This document shows, piece after piece, positions 12,510-23,551 of a stretch of 40,137 nt of DNA; the first letter of the stretch is position 1, and every line of letters starts with the position of its first letter. The notes beneath the pieces were generated by a model that was not told the DNA's origin, did no database searches, and worked only from the letters and a program-made list of their open reading frames with translations. The stretch lies in assembly GCF_001194135.2 (NCBI RefSeq), contig NC_069007.1:9945634-9985770 (forward strand), in the 5' to 3' direction. Source of the stretch: Octopus bimaculoides (lineage: Eukaryota). The translations under genes and the position numbers were made by a program.

Positions 12510-12555
12510 GACACCTGATGAAGGCTGGAGGGTATATCAGCCGAAACGTTGTATT
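12510..12555 (+). ncRNA. Minimal type I hammerhead ribozyme motif (Penelope-type, palindromic stem III)
   Basis: GACAC-CTGATGA(12515-12521)-A-GGCTG(GAGGGTATAT)CAGCC-GAAA(12543-12546)-CGT-T-GTATT; predicted cut 3' of 12550 (GUU). Confidence 0.8.
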
Positions 12556-13847
12556 AAGAACAAACAAGATGAGGACAAATATCTGTCAAATATAAATAAT
12601 GTACATAATTTCTCATCTCTTAAATATAGAACTGCATTCTTTTTCTTTGTTTTTTAGTGCCAGGCCAGTCATGATGCAAGACATCCCAGTTGTGACCATC
12701 AATCACAATTTTTTTCACACACAGTGTATCTAAAGTTACATTTTTCTTATGTGCCCTAGTCTTATTTAACACAAGCATGTTGTGATTCTCAGATTTAACT
12801 GCTATTTCTAACAGTTCCTCAGCCACATAGTCTCCCTCTTTGGCTGGTGAATCAAAAACATTAATATCGATGCTTGAAGCGCCATGTTCTGCCAGGCTGA
12901 ACCTCTCCTTTTGGAAATTCCAAAACTGACAGTTATGCCAATATCAATAACCAAATGAAGAATTTTATTACTGTAACAACAGCAGCAGTGATTCTATTTT
13001 ACCGAAATATTCTTTACTTGTCTTAAATTTATTTATTCCCACTAAAAAAAGTGAACAACTTTCTCTTTTTCTTTTTTCGTTTTGACTTCTTTGAGACCCT
13101 GTCACTTATTTTTGGTTTTGTTCTTCAATAAAAATCTTTGATCATCAAAACCTTTCTTTAGATGCACAGAACTTGGCCAAATCTTTGTGTTTAATAACCA
13201 GTTCTAGTTTAACAATCCAGTCCTTCTATCTCTCTCCCTATACATCAGTAGTGCTCATATAAAGTTGACAAAGAACACCACAGTTATCCTACACACCCTC
13301 TTTAATGCTGGTAATATCTCTACTATGTTTCAAAGCTGCTCCCATGCTCTAATTAAGTGAATTGGTAATTAAGGTAACAGCTTGTTTGCCAAGCTGAGGT
13401 ATTCCAATGAGAAAAGAGACCAAAAATAAAATCCATAACATGACTTGGAAGCTATAACAAAAAAAAAACCCTCAGTAAAGCAGAATAAAGTTCAAGGTTT
13501 TGAGTGGTTTAATCACAATTTTGTGTGATAAGCTACAAACCAAGAGAACATGAGTTCGATTCCAACAGGCAACTGTGAAATTTGTGGCTTAACCCCTTAG
13601 TTTTTTAGATTTCTCTGTCAAATGTAAAACTTTTTTTATTGATAGTGTTTTGAATTAATCATGCATTACTTTGTAGCTTTTAGATTTCAATGACGTGGTT
13701 GTTTATTTCTAGGATACATTCGAGGCCCTGTCTGTCACTCATCTCTCCTCTTCCCGATATGTCAAGCATTCCTTCTCCTTCCATTTTCATCCCTTCACCA
13801 TCTATGGTGCTACATGGTTGCTGAATACACTTGTGAGCAGTATTCTT

Positions 13848-14510
13848 AAGGTGGTGAGCTGGCAGAAACGTTAGCACGCTGGGTGAAATGCTTAGCGGTA
13901 TTTCATCTGCCGCTACATTCTGAGTTCAAATTTTGCCGAGGTCGACTTTGCCTTTCATCCTTTCAGAGTCGATTAAATAAGTACTAGTTACGCACTGGGG
14001 TTGATATATTTTTATTAATCTGTTTGTCTGTCCTTGTTTGTCCCCTCTGTGTGTAGCCCCTTGCGGGCAGTAAAGAAATAGGAAACGTTAGCACACTGGG
14101 CAAAATGCTTAGCGATATTTCGTCTGTCTTTAATGTTCTGGGTTCAAATTCCATTGAGGTTGACTTTACCTTTCATCCTTTCAGGAGTCAATAAATTAAG
14201 TACCAGTTGCATACTAGGGTCGATCTAATCGACTGGACCCCTCCCCAAAAATTTTGGGCTTAGTGCCTAGAGTTGAAAAGAATATTTATTTTTTAAGGTG
14301 GAGAGCTAGCAGAAACGTTAGCATGCCAGGTAAAATGCTTAGCAGTATTTTGTCTGTCTTTATGTTCTGAGTTCAAATTCCACTGAGGTCGACTTTGCCT
14401 TTCATCCTTTCGGGGGTCGATAAATTAAGTACCAGTCACATACTGGGGTCGATTCAATCGACTGGACCCCTCCCCAAAAATTTTGGGCCTTGCACCTAGA
14501 GTAGAAAAAA
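13848..14510 (+). mobile_element. Train of three head-to-tail SINE family B copies
   Basis: Starts at ~13848, 14081 and 14296; same B-box and core as the 5737-6745 copies. Confidence 0.9.
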
Positions 14511-14689
14511 ACAAATATTACAACCTATCCCCACCTAAACAGCCCTCCCACACACCATCCCCTAAACTGCTTCCATTCCCCATCATCTCTATCCACACTA
14601 TTTCAACTAATCAACTCCCTTCTATGCCTTCAATAAATGCTCTTTCTCCCCTGTTCTGTCTTGCAAGTTACATGGCAACATCACTAATT

Positions 14690-14790
14690 CCAGTAGCACA
14701 TAAAAAAAGCACTCCATACACATTGTAAAGTGGTTGGCTTTGAGAAGGGCATCCAGCTGTAGAAACCATGCTAAAAATTGGTATTGGGGA
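14690..14790 (+). mobile_element. SINE family C 3' fragment
   Basis: GAAGGGCATCCAGCTGTAGAAACC shared with 4560-4600. Confidence 0.7.
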
Positions 14791-14984
14791 TCAATGCAAC
14801 CCTGCAGCTCACAAGGATACCTAACACATATACATGGGCACAAAATATGTATACACCACCACTGCCGCCGCCACCACCGCCGCCACCGCCACCGCCGGCG
14901 CCACTTACTTGCCCAAGGTGCTGCACACTGGGCCTGGACCACATGGTTGGGAAACAAGCTGCTTAACAACAGAGCCATGCCTGT

Positions 14985-15610
14985 GCCTTTTTGGAAACAA
15001 TATGGCAGGGTTTAAACTGAAGCCACTTCCTGTTTCTCACTTTCAAAACTCATGTAATTTCAAGAACATTAACACTACAAGGAAAAAGCATGGATCACTA
15101 AACAAGTCTTTGAAGATTGGTTCCTGAATAGCTTTGGTTTCCAGGTAAAGGAATATTCTAATAAGGAGAAGATTGCATTCAAAATTTTTGCACATTTTAT
15201 GCAAAGCTCCAAGCCATCCATGATATCTCAGTGATTGGAATTCTAATACCAAAGTAACGTAGTTACCTGTAAACACATCACTGATACAGCTTGTGGATCA
15301 AAGGATTATATACATTTCTAAATGTCATCATCACCATCGTTTTTAACACCTATTTTCCTATGCTCGTATGAGTTAGATGGAATGCAATTCATATTCAAAG
15401 TATTTCATCAGCAAATAATTTTTACCAAATTGATTGATGCAGCAGACATTGGCATCCACTCTGGTTTTTTGGAAATGGTACAATAGTTTGAATGCAATTA
15501 GGAATGTAGTTAAGTCATGGAAGGAGCTACAACTGAAAGCTGAAATATATTTGGAAAATGTATTCAAAATGTATGTAAACACTTTGAAAGGTTTTCATAG
15601 TTTGCAACCT
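14985..15610 (+). mobile_element. Decayed pogo/Tigger transposase (DDE_1 domain)
   Basis: Translation gives FGNNMAGFKLKPLPVSHFQN, KAWITKQVFEDWFLNSF, (fs) APSHP, LPVNTSLIQLVDQRII and FWKWYNSLNAIRNVVKSWKEL, which are colinear Tigger motifs; stops and frameshifts present. Confidence 0.88.
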
Positions 15611-15851
15611 CATCATTATCAGTTTTCCATGCATTCACCAGTCAGATTTGGATTTTTCTCATCAGATGTCCTTTTAGTCACAACCCTTACCTGTCTCCAA
15701 ATAAGGTATAACAGGGTTTACAGGCTAAATTTTCCCTCATCACAACCAATGGAGTGCCAATTTATATATCATATAAATACATACACACACACACACACAT
15801 AAACACTTGATGGCCTAAATTAATCACCCTCTTCTTGTAAAAGTATATGTA

Positions 15852-16068
15852 TGAGTGGGTGCTGAAAAGTTCCAGGCTTTGAGTAAAAGAAAATACAGGA
15901 GGATCAGTTAATTATAATTTTATTCAACATATTCCCATGTCAGATTCACACATTTATTGCAGCAGTCCTTTGGTTTTTCTAAACCCTGTAAAAAAACTCA
16001 GAAGGTTGGGCTTCCAACCAGGCCTTTCACGATACCCTTAAAGCCAGGTACTTTTCAGCAGCCCCTCA
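15852..16068. mobile_element. mariner-type MITE, 29-bp TIRs, TA flanks
   Basis: TGAGTGGGTGCTGAAAAGTTCCAGGCTTT vs reverse complement of the right end TGAGGGGCTGCTGAAAAGTACCTGGCTTT (25/29); TA on both sides. Confidence 0.85.
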
Positions 16069-16621
16069 TATATGCTTTCTACAAAAAATTTTGAATAATT
16101 CTTTAGTTAAACTATTTTTATTATAAGCAAAGTAGTCAGACAATCTCAATAAGAGACGAGAGTAGTAACTATACTGACAAGTAAAGTTAATCACCTCACC
16201 AATATGGNNNNNNNNNNNNNNNNNNNNNNNNNNNNNNNNNNNNNNNNNNNNNNNNNNNNNNNNNNNNNNNNNNNNNNNNNNNNNNNNNNNNNNNNNNNNN
16301 NNNNNNNNNNNNNNNNNNNNNNNNNNNNNNNNNNNNNNNNNNNNNNNNNNNNNNNNNNNNNNNNNNNNNNNNNNNNNNNNNNNNNNNNNNNNNNNNNNNN
16401 NNNNNNNNNNNNNNNNNNNNNNNNNNNNNNNNNNNNNNNNNNNNNNNNNNNNNNNNNNNNNNNNNNNNNNNNNNNNNNNNNNNNNNNNNNNNNGGACAAA
16501 ATCCAAAATTACAGGTAAAAAACTCAATTAAAATCAATTTATAAAAAATTAAAATTAAATTAAGTTCTTGAAAATTGGTTATTTTCCCTAAAACTATATA
16601 TATATATATATATATATATAT

Positions 16622-16768
16622 GAAGGAATTCTTTCAGTTTCCATCCACCAAACCCACTCACTAGGCTTTGGTCAGCCTGAGGTTATAGCAGAAGACACTT
16701 GCTCAAGGTGCCACACAGTGGGACTGAACCCAGAACCATGTGGTTGGGAAGCAAGCTTCTTACCACAG
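16622..16768 (-). mobile_element. SINE family A 5' half
   Basis: Matches the head region of the copy at 686-1026. Confidence 0.85.
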
Positions 16769-17109
16769 AGATATGTTTAAACAAAACTGAGTGAAGTGAA
16801 GAAACTGATAGTGACCAAAGGCATGAATTTGGATCTGATATATTAAATACTGTACAAGATAAATTCTTGATTTATAGAAATTTTCTTCACTTAAAGAGAA
16901 GGTACAAGAAATGCCCCAAGACCATTAGAACCTCCAGTGAATGAGAACAAGAATCAAGAACTCTCCAGAATTATCGTAGCGTTAAGGAAAAGACAGTCTG
17001 CTTTATTTATTCATTTAACTACTTTGCTTGTCTTTCCTGTAGGCAAGAGGACATGTGTTTCTGCTTCAATAGGCATCACAGCAGTCATACTACTTGGACT
17101 CTTTGAGAA

Positions 17110-17202
17110 TCATGTGTGTGTGTGTCTGTGTCTGTGTGTACACACAAGTGTATCTACACACACACACATATATGCATACATATACACATTTATCTGTATG
17201 TT

Positions 17203-17247
<45 letters not shown>

Positions 17248-17286
17248 CATTATCATCATCATATATATATATATATACATATACAC

Positions 17287-17329
<43 letters not shown>

Positions 17330-17525
17330 TATATATACATATGTGTGTGTGTGTGTGTGTATGTGTGTGTGTGTGTATATATATATATACACATACATAT
17401 ATACCTACGTTATATACACACATATATACATACACTTATATGTTCACAAATATATATACATACATAAACATGCATACACACATGCACATAAATACACACA
17501 CACACATATATACACATACATATGT
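17110..17525. repeat. (TG)n/(TA)n/(CA)n compound microsatellite
   Basis: Directly visible. Confidence 0.95.
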
Positions 17526-18076
17526 AATGTCTTCTACTGTCCTAAGATGGTAGGGTCTGATTTGAGAGATTTCAGTTTGCTATTTCACATGGTATAAGGA
17601 GAATCATACATTTAACCTAAAAAAAAAGACAGCTGCTCTGGCTTAATTCATTAAAATCTTATTAAGAAATTAATCGATATGATGATACATCACTGTTTTA
17701 TGGCCATTTTCCACACCAATGCAGAGGTAAATGAAGGGATGACATGAATATTTTATAGATTCAAGCAAAGTATGGCTTTGTAATCACATGGCTTTGAGTT
17801 CAATTTGTGTGTAGCCTTGGATAAATGTGCAGCAGTAATTCAAAACCGAATCACCCAGTAGCCAAGCAGACATCACGATCAAACCACAGTTGCTTCACAT
17901 GACCAGTTTATTAAGCAATCAATCAGTGGCAAGCCATTGCATGATTTGGTTTTCTAGAACCTTCTCAAGTTGCACTAAATACAGGTAGTCTTTGGCAATA
18001 ATTGCATAATGTTGAGGCAGCTGCATGGCATTGCCATTCCCATCTCCACATCCATCTGCTTAAGACAGGAATTTTT

Positions 18077-18170
18077 GTTGTGTAGCCATCTGGTTTCACC
18101 AGTCCTCAGTCAAATCGTCCAACCCATGCTAGCATGGAAAGCGGACGTTAAACGATGATGATGATGATGA
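18077..18170 (+). mobile_element. SINE family C 3' tail with (GAT)n
   Basis: Near-identical to 4615-4712 and, inverted, to 19585-19680. Confidence 0.9.
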
Positions 18171-18449
18171 ATATAGTTCAATTATTTTTCATTTGTTTGG
18201 GCCAGCCACAGACTGCTATAGTCTGTTGTAGACCCTAGCTGTATATCTCTGCCAGTGTGTAATTGTTGCTGTTAGTATTCGTTGAAAGGCCAACACAGAA
18301 AACTCTGTGTACAATAATAAAATCTTCTATTAATTGTTCATGAGTGCCGTTAGTTACTTCTCCTTGCAGCCCAAGAAATACATTTTCATTCACTAACTCA
18401 ACAGCTACTATAGCAGCATTTGGTGAAACAGCAAACTCCACTCATGACA

Positions 18450-18981
18450 AATGTATTCAACAATAGCCACAGTATTGTGCATTGAGAATCTGTCTCCCAG
18501 GGTCAGACCGTAAACTGAGAGTTCTACTGCAATGTTTTGAAGTGTTTGAGGTAGGATGTTCATCAAAAGTGACCAAACCTGTGGAGCACGAAGAATTAGA
18601 TTCTTCACGATGGCAATGCACCCTGTCAGCAAGCCCGTCTCACTCATGAGTTTCTCACCAAAAACAACCTGTTATTGCTTCTGCACCCCACCCAACTCGC
18701 CAGATTTAGCACCTGCAGACTTCCATCTCTTCCCCAAGATGAAAATGCAGCTCAAAGGTCACCATTTTAACACCATTGTTGAGATCAAGAGCAAATCGCA
18801 GAAGATCCTCAACTCAATTATGGAAAGTGATGTTCAGGCTGGATTCCAAACGTGGCAGGAATGCCAGGACCTGTGTATTGCTGTGCAAGGTGACTATTTC
18901 AAAAGAGACAATGTTAAAACTTAGATAAATAAGTTATTTTTTATTCAACATAACTAGACCACAAGCTTTTTGATACCACTT

Positions 18982-18983
<2 letters not shown>
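18450..18983 (+). mobile_element. Decayed mariner transposase 3' half with right TIR
   Basis: IVH*ESVSQGQTVN*EFYCNVLKCLR...ILHDGNAP...(fs)PPNSPDLAPADFHLFPKMKMQLKG...CIAVQGDYF; TIR-like GCTTTTTGATACCACTTTGTG|TA. Confidence 0.92.
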
Positions 18984-19030
<47 letters not shown>

Positions 19031-19584
19031 NNNNNNNNNNNNNNNNNNNNNNNNNNNNNNNNNNNNNNNNNNNNNNNNNNNNNNNNNNNNNNNNNNNNNN
19101 NNNNNNNNNNNNNNNNNNNNNNNNNNNNNNNNNNNNNNNNNNNNNNNNNNNNNNNNNNNNNNNNNNNNNNNNNNNNNNNNNNNNNNNNNNNNNNNNNNNN
19201 NNNNNNNNNNNNNNNNNNNNNNNNNNNNNNNNNNNNNNNNNNNNNNNNNNNNNNNNNNNNNNNNNNNNNNNNNNNNNNNNNNNNNNNNNNNNNNNNNNNN
19301 NNNNNNNNNNNNNNNNNNNNNNNNNNNNNNNNNNNNNNNNNNNNNNNNNNNNNNNNNNNNNNNNNNNNNNNNNNNNNNNNNNNNNNNNNNNNNNNNNNNN
19401 NNNNNNNNNNNNNNNNNNNNNNNNNNNNNNNNNNNNNNNNNNNNNNNNNNNNNNNNNNNNNNNNNNNNNNNNNNNNNNNATTATATATTCCATATTCTAT
19501 ATCCCACATTAATTTTGTAAAAATATAAATAAAACATAAAAAAACAGACAGAGTTGGAACTCTTTTAAATAATATATATATATC

Positions 19585-19678
19585 ATCATCATCATCGTTT
19601 AACGTCCGCTTTCCATACTAGCATGGGTTGGACGATTTGACTGAGGACTGGTGAAACCGGATGGCAACACCAGGCTCC

Positions 19679-19680
<2 letters not shown>
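19585..19680 (-). mobile_element. SINE family C 3' tail
   Basis: Reverse complement of 18077-18170. Confidence 0.9.
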
Positions 19681-19712
<32 letters not shown>

Positions 19713-19717
<5 letters not shown>

Positions 19718-19870
19718 GTTTCTTTCAGTTTCTGTCTACCAAATCCACTCACAAGGCTTTGGGTGGCCTGAGGCTACAGCAGAAGACACTTACCCCAGGT
19801 GCCAGACAAAGGAACTGAACCCAAAACCATATGGTTCGGAAGCAAGTTTATTACCACACAAGCACACCAG
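19713..19870 (-). mobile_element. SINE family A 5' half
   Basis: Matches the head region of other family A copies. Confidence 0.8.
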
Positions 19871-19892
19871 CAACTACATATGTATTTGATAC

Positions 19893-20775
19893 ATAAGAGT
19901 TTCTAACAGATACAAGGTCTGAATTTTGAAACAAGGGTGTTAGTTGATTAAATATATCACAGTACTTCACTGGTACCATATTTTATCAACCATGAAGGAA
20001 TGGAAGGCAAAGCTGGCTCCATCAGAGTTTGAACGCAGAATATAAGCAACCGGAAGAAATACCAAAAAGCATTTTACTGAAGCTCTAATAGTTCTGTCAG
20101 CTTACGTATAATAATTCTTTCCATAGTAGGCACAATACCTGAGATTTTGGGGGAGTGGGGACTAGTTGATTACATGAGCTCAGGTGCATGATTGATACTT
20201 GTTTTGTTGATCCTGAAAGGATGAAAGGCAAAGTCAATAGAATTTGAACTCAGAATGTGAAGACAAACAAAATACCACTAAGCGTTTTACCTGGTGTTAT
20301 TTCTTTACTACCCACAAGGGGCTACACACAGAGGGGACAAACAAGGACAGGAAAACGGATTAAGTCGATTATATCGACCCCAGTACGTAACTGGTACTTA
20401 TTTAATCTACTCCGAAAGGATGAAAGGCTAAGTTGACCTCGGCGGAATTTGAACTCAGAGTGTAGCAGCAGACAAAATACCGCTAAGCATTTTGCTCAAC
20501 GTGCTAACGTTTCTGCCAGCTCACCACCTTTTTACCAGCGTTTTACCTGGTGTGCTAACAACTCTACCAGCTCGCCAACTTCAGCTTACCTATAGCAATG
20601 TGTATTCTAGTTTTGGCACAAGGCTAACAATTTTAGTAGTGGGGGGATTAATTGATGACATCAAGCTCAATGCTCAACTAGTACTTATATCAATGGCTTC
20701 AAATGGACGAAAGGTAAAGTCAACCTTGTTGGAATTTGAACTCAAAATGACAAAGGCTGGAAAAATTTCCACTAA
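19893..20775 (-). mobile_element. Train of four SINE family B copies of different ages
   Basis: Core GGATGAAAGGCAAAGTC..GAATTTGAACTCAG (variants) at ~19995, 20218, 20417 and 20705. Confidence 0.8.
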
Positions 20776-21103
20776 GCCTGCTCGTGAAATTAATGTGCAA
20801 GTGGCTGAGCACTCCACAGACATGTGTACCCTTAACGTAGTTCTCGGAGGAGATTCAGTGTGACACAGAGTGTGAGAAGGCTGACCCTTTGAAATACAGG
20901 TACAACAGAAACAGGAAGAAAAAGTAAGAGAAAGTTGTGGTGAAAGAGTACAGCAGGGCTCGTCACCACCCCCTGCTGGAGCCTTGTGGAGCTTTAGGTG
21001 TTTTTCGCTCAATAAACACTCACATTGCCTGGTCTGGGAATCGAAACCACAAACCTATGACTATGAGTCTGCTGCCCTAACCACTGAGCCATTGCACCTC
21101 CAC
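20776..21103 (-). mobile_element. SINE family D
   Basis: Head GTGGAGGTGCAATGGCTCAGTGGTTAGGG on the minus strand; body shared with 9684-9932 and 31918-32133. Confidence 0.85.
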
Positions 21104-21544
21104 ACATATACACTTATACTGATGGTGTATAATCAGTACATATTTCAGTTTTGCCTCGACTGATTGTCGGTCATGTTAGCACAAATCAAGTGCAATAATT
21201 TTAAATGCTATCAGTGTATTTGGTCCATTCACTCATTTTTATTACAGACTTTTTTTTTTAAATCAATACAGTAAAGAATATTAAAGAAAATTCTTCTGTA
21301 AGTGCTTAGAACTGATAAAAGAGGAAAAGAATGGCTGATAACAGTTCTTTGTTCGTTGAATCAAAGAACTATTTACTTCAGTGCAAGAATTAATAACAGA
21401 CAGATAATTATTTTTACATAGAAGTAAATAGAAACTTTCTGTCTGTTTGTCTCTCTCTCTCTCTCTCTCTTCTTGTGCTTGTGTGTTTCTAAATTTTCTG
21501 TTGTAGTCAATGAAAACAACAATTTTCAAAGTAACTATTTGGCC

Positions 21545-22042
21545 AAACTCAACAATTTAGTAACCATATTCCTATTGGAAAACACTGTCCTTGTTTCGCA
21601 GTATTTTGAAAATAAAGGGAAATATAGTAAAATAGCTTTGCCATTATCAAGCTGTTCTTTGGAACGTAAACTGACATGAAAATTTGATTGAAAGTTTTAA
21701 TTTAGATCACTTTAACACTTTTGTTACTATATTTCTGCCGAAAACACTGTCTTTTAATAAATTAATTTTGAAAATAATGAAGAATTTGGTAAACTATCTT
21801 TGAAGGCTTTGATTTAGATCAGTTTAACACTTTTGTTACCATATTTCTTTTGAAATGCTGCCTTTGTTTCAGATAATTTTGAAATTAATGAAGAATTTAG
21901 AAAAACAATTCATTGTTAAGGTGAAGTTTGGAAGAAGATTAATATGAAATTTTTATGGAAGGTTTTAATCTATATCACTTCAAAACAAGAAGTTTATATA
22001 ACTGACACTAGAGCAGTTCAAGAGAGTTGTTTATCAAAAGGG
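21545..22042. mobile_element. Tandem truncated piggyBac-like MITEs (family F) with one right TIR
   Basis: Left-end TTAACACTTTTGTTAC at 21712 and 21824 (degenerate at ~21545); right end TATCAAAAGGG|TTAC at 22042. Confidence 0.7.
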
Positions 22043-22084
22043 TTACGGGGATTAAAAAAAAAAAAAAAACAGATAGAAAAGGAC

Positions 22085-22245
22085 ACGACAGGAGTAGCTG
22101 TGTGGTAAGTAGCTTGCTTACCAACCACACAGCTTCGGGTTCAGTCCTACTGCATGGCACCTCGGGCAAGTGTCTTCTACTATAGCCTCAGGCCGACCAA
22201 AGCCTTGTGAGTGGATTTGGTTGACGGAAACTGAAAGAAACTTGC

Positions 22246-22286
<41 letters not shown>

Positions 22287-22518
22287 TTATATCTGTATGT
22301 GTGTATGTTTGTGTGTCTGTGTTTGTCTCCCCACCATCGCTTGACAACTGATGCTGGTGTGTTTACCTCCCTGTAACTTAGCGGTTTGACAAAAGAGATC
22401 GATAGAATAAGTATTAGGCTTGCAAAGAACAAGTCCTGAGGTCTATTTGTTTGGCTAAAGGTGGTGCTCCAGCATGGCCACAGTCAAATGACTGAAACAA
22501 ATAAAAGAGTAAAAGAGT
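22085..22518 (+). mobile_element. SINE family A, near full length
   Basis: Colinear with 10149-10580. Confidence 0.92.
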
Positions 22519-22544
22519 ATTTAGATAAACCGATTCTTGTAAAA

Positions 22545-22705
22545 GAATCTTTATCATCATCAATATTACTAACATCATCATCATCATTGTTACCATTATC
22601 ATCATCATCATTGTCGCTGTCATCGTCATCATTGTCATAATCATCATCATTGTTGTCGTCGTTACCGTCGTCGTCATCGTTATCATCATCATCATCAGCA
22701 GCAGC
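22545..22705. repeat. (CAT/CGT)n tract
   Basis: Directly visible. Confidence 0.9.
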
Positions 22706-22856
22706 ATTTTAACTTTCATTTCCATTCATAATACCATGCCTAGGTAGAAAATTGAAACTCTGAGAAATGAATTTATGAGAAGGTTTTACTTGGAACAAGC
22801 ATTCATTGATCCAATCAATCAGGAAATCTACTAACTAAACTTCCCAAATATATTAA

Positions 22857-23081
22857 ACTAGCAGCTAAACCCGGTTTCACCTGGTTTTTTTGGATGATAT
22901 GACTGTGTCGATTTTCTCTGTAAGTATGGGGGCTAGGAAAAAAATAGAAAGCGCGTTCCAATCTATGCACCCGTCTCCACATGCGTGCCATTTTTCACAC
23001 GAATCCACCCATTCGTTTGGCCGTGAACCTCAAGACAAGAAAGAATACAACGGTCGGCCAACTTCAATTTACATTATAGAT
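22857..23081 (+). mobile_element. Putative Helentron-associated non-autonomous element (Lep1/DINE-1-like)
   Basis: 5' ACTAGCAGCTAAACCCGGTTTCACCTGG and 3' CGTTTGGCCGTGA...CAATTTACATTATAGAT resemble HINE/Lep1 termini; CpG-rich relative to flanks; TTGGCCG/CGGCCAA inverted pair near the 3' end. Confidence 0.45.
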
Positions 23082-23551
23082 AATGAATAAAAAAAGGACT
23101 TGGTACATTTAATATAAACTGATCTGTCCTTGCTTTCACAACTGTTTATAAGCAATGCTGACAGTAGAAAGAAGTTGAGTTGTGATCTTTGCTTAACTGA
23201 GAAGATTTTATTACAGAAATATAAGAGTATCATGAATTCAAGAAATGATATACTTAGTAATTGTTTGTACAAATAGAAACAGTTACTATGTAATTTACAC
23301 AAGCCAGACTCACCATAGAAAAATACCCAATAAGATGGTTCTAACATTTTTATTTTCAATTACGTCTTTGTTTTACATTTACTCATCTTTTCCTGTTTTA
23401 TGTAGCAGACAGTTTTTAATTACCAAGAATGCTTTCATGAATGGAAATCAATTTAGAATTGGAATCCAAAAATTAACAATAATTCTTTATCACTGTACAT
23501 TCCACCAGACTTCTTTATTGTACTCACACTTTTGCTTTCCCTCTCTTTTAA

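Larger units (their letters stand above)
12086..12636. mobile_element. Fold-back element: two head-to-head tRNA-headed units (family E), each with a hammerhead ribozyme; 12-bp flanking direct repeat
   Basis: Symmetry centre CATATGCCC-GT-GGGCATATG at 12356-12375; arms extend to ~12085 and 12603; TTCTTTTTCTTT at 12074-12085 and 12637-12648. Confidence 0.85.
11140..12820. repeat. Degenerate tandem array of nine ~110-150-bp units, interrupted at 12086-12636
   Basis: Anchor GTGTATCTAGGACTACA (variants) at 11171, 11322, 11454, 11576, 11706, 11822, 11930, 12041 and 12724; second anchor CACTCCAG..GTGACCATCC in most units. Confidence 0.9.

Noticed and set aside
11140-12820. CRISPR-like look (conserved blocks with variable spacers)
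   Set aside because: Animal DNA; the blocks are degenerate, the linkers are homologous remnants, and there are no cas genes.
13680-13877. 65-aa minus ORF (…DGEGMKMEGEGMLDISGRGE…)
   Set aside because: It starts in a SINE and ends in a MITE; the middle is purine-rich low-complexity sequence.
17900-18070. Minus-strand peptide NAMQLPQHYAIIAKDYL, faintly like a hAT dimerisation domain
   Set aside because: The diagnostic SxxxERxFS motif is absent; resemblance too weak.
18235-18441. 68-aa minus ORF in non-repetitive sequence
   Set aside because: No recognisable domain or convincing splice sites; the length is compatible with chance.
19628-19655. CTGAGGA-CTGGT-GAAAC in family C SINE tails
   Set aside because: Five bases cannot form stem II, and there is no NUH site with a stem I partner.
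23300-23400. Strong minus-strand donor ATG|GTGAGT at ~23313
   Set aside because: No open upstream exon or partner acceptor; such 7-mers are expected by chance several times in 40 kb.
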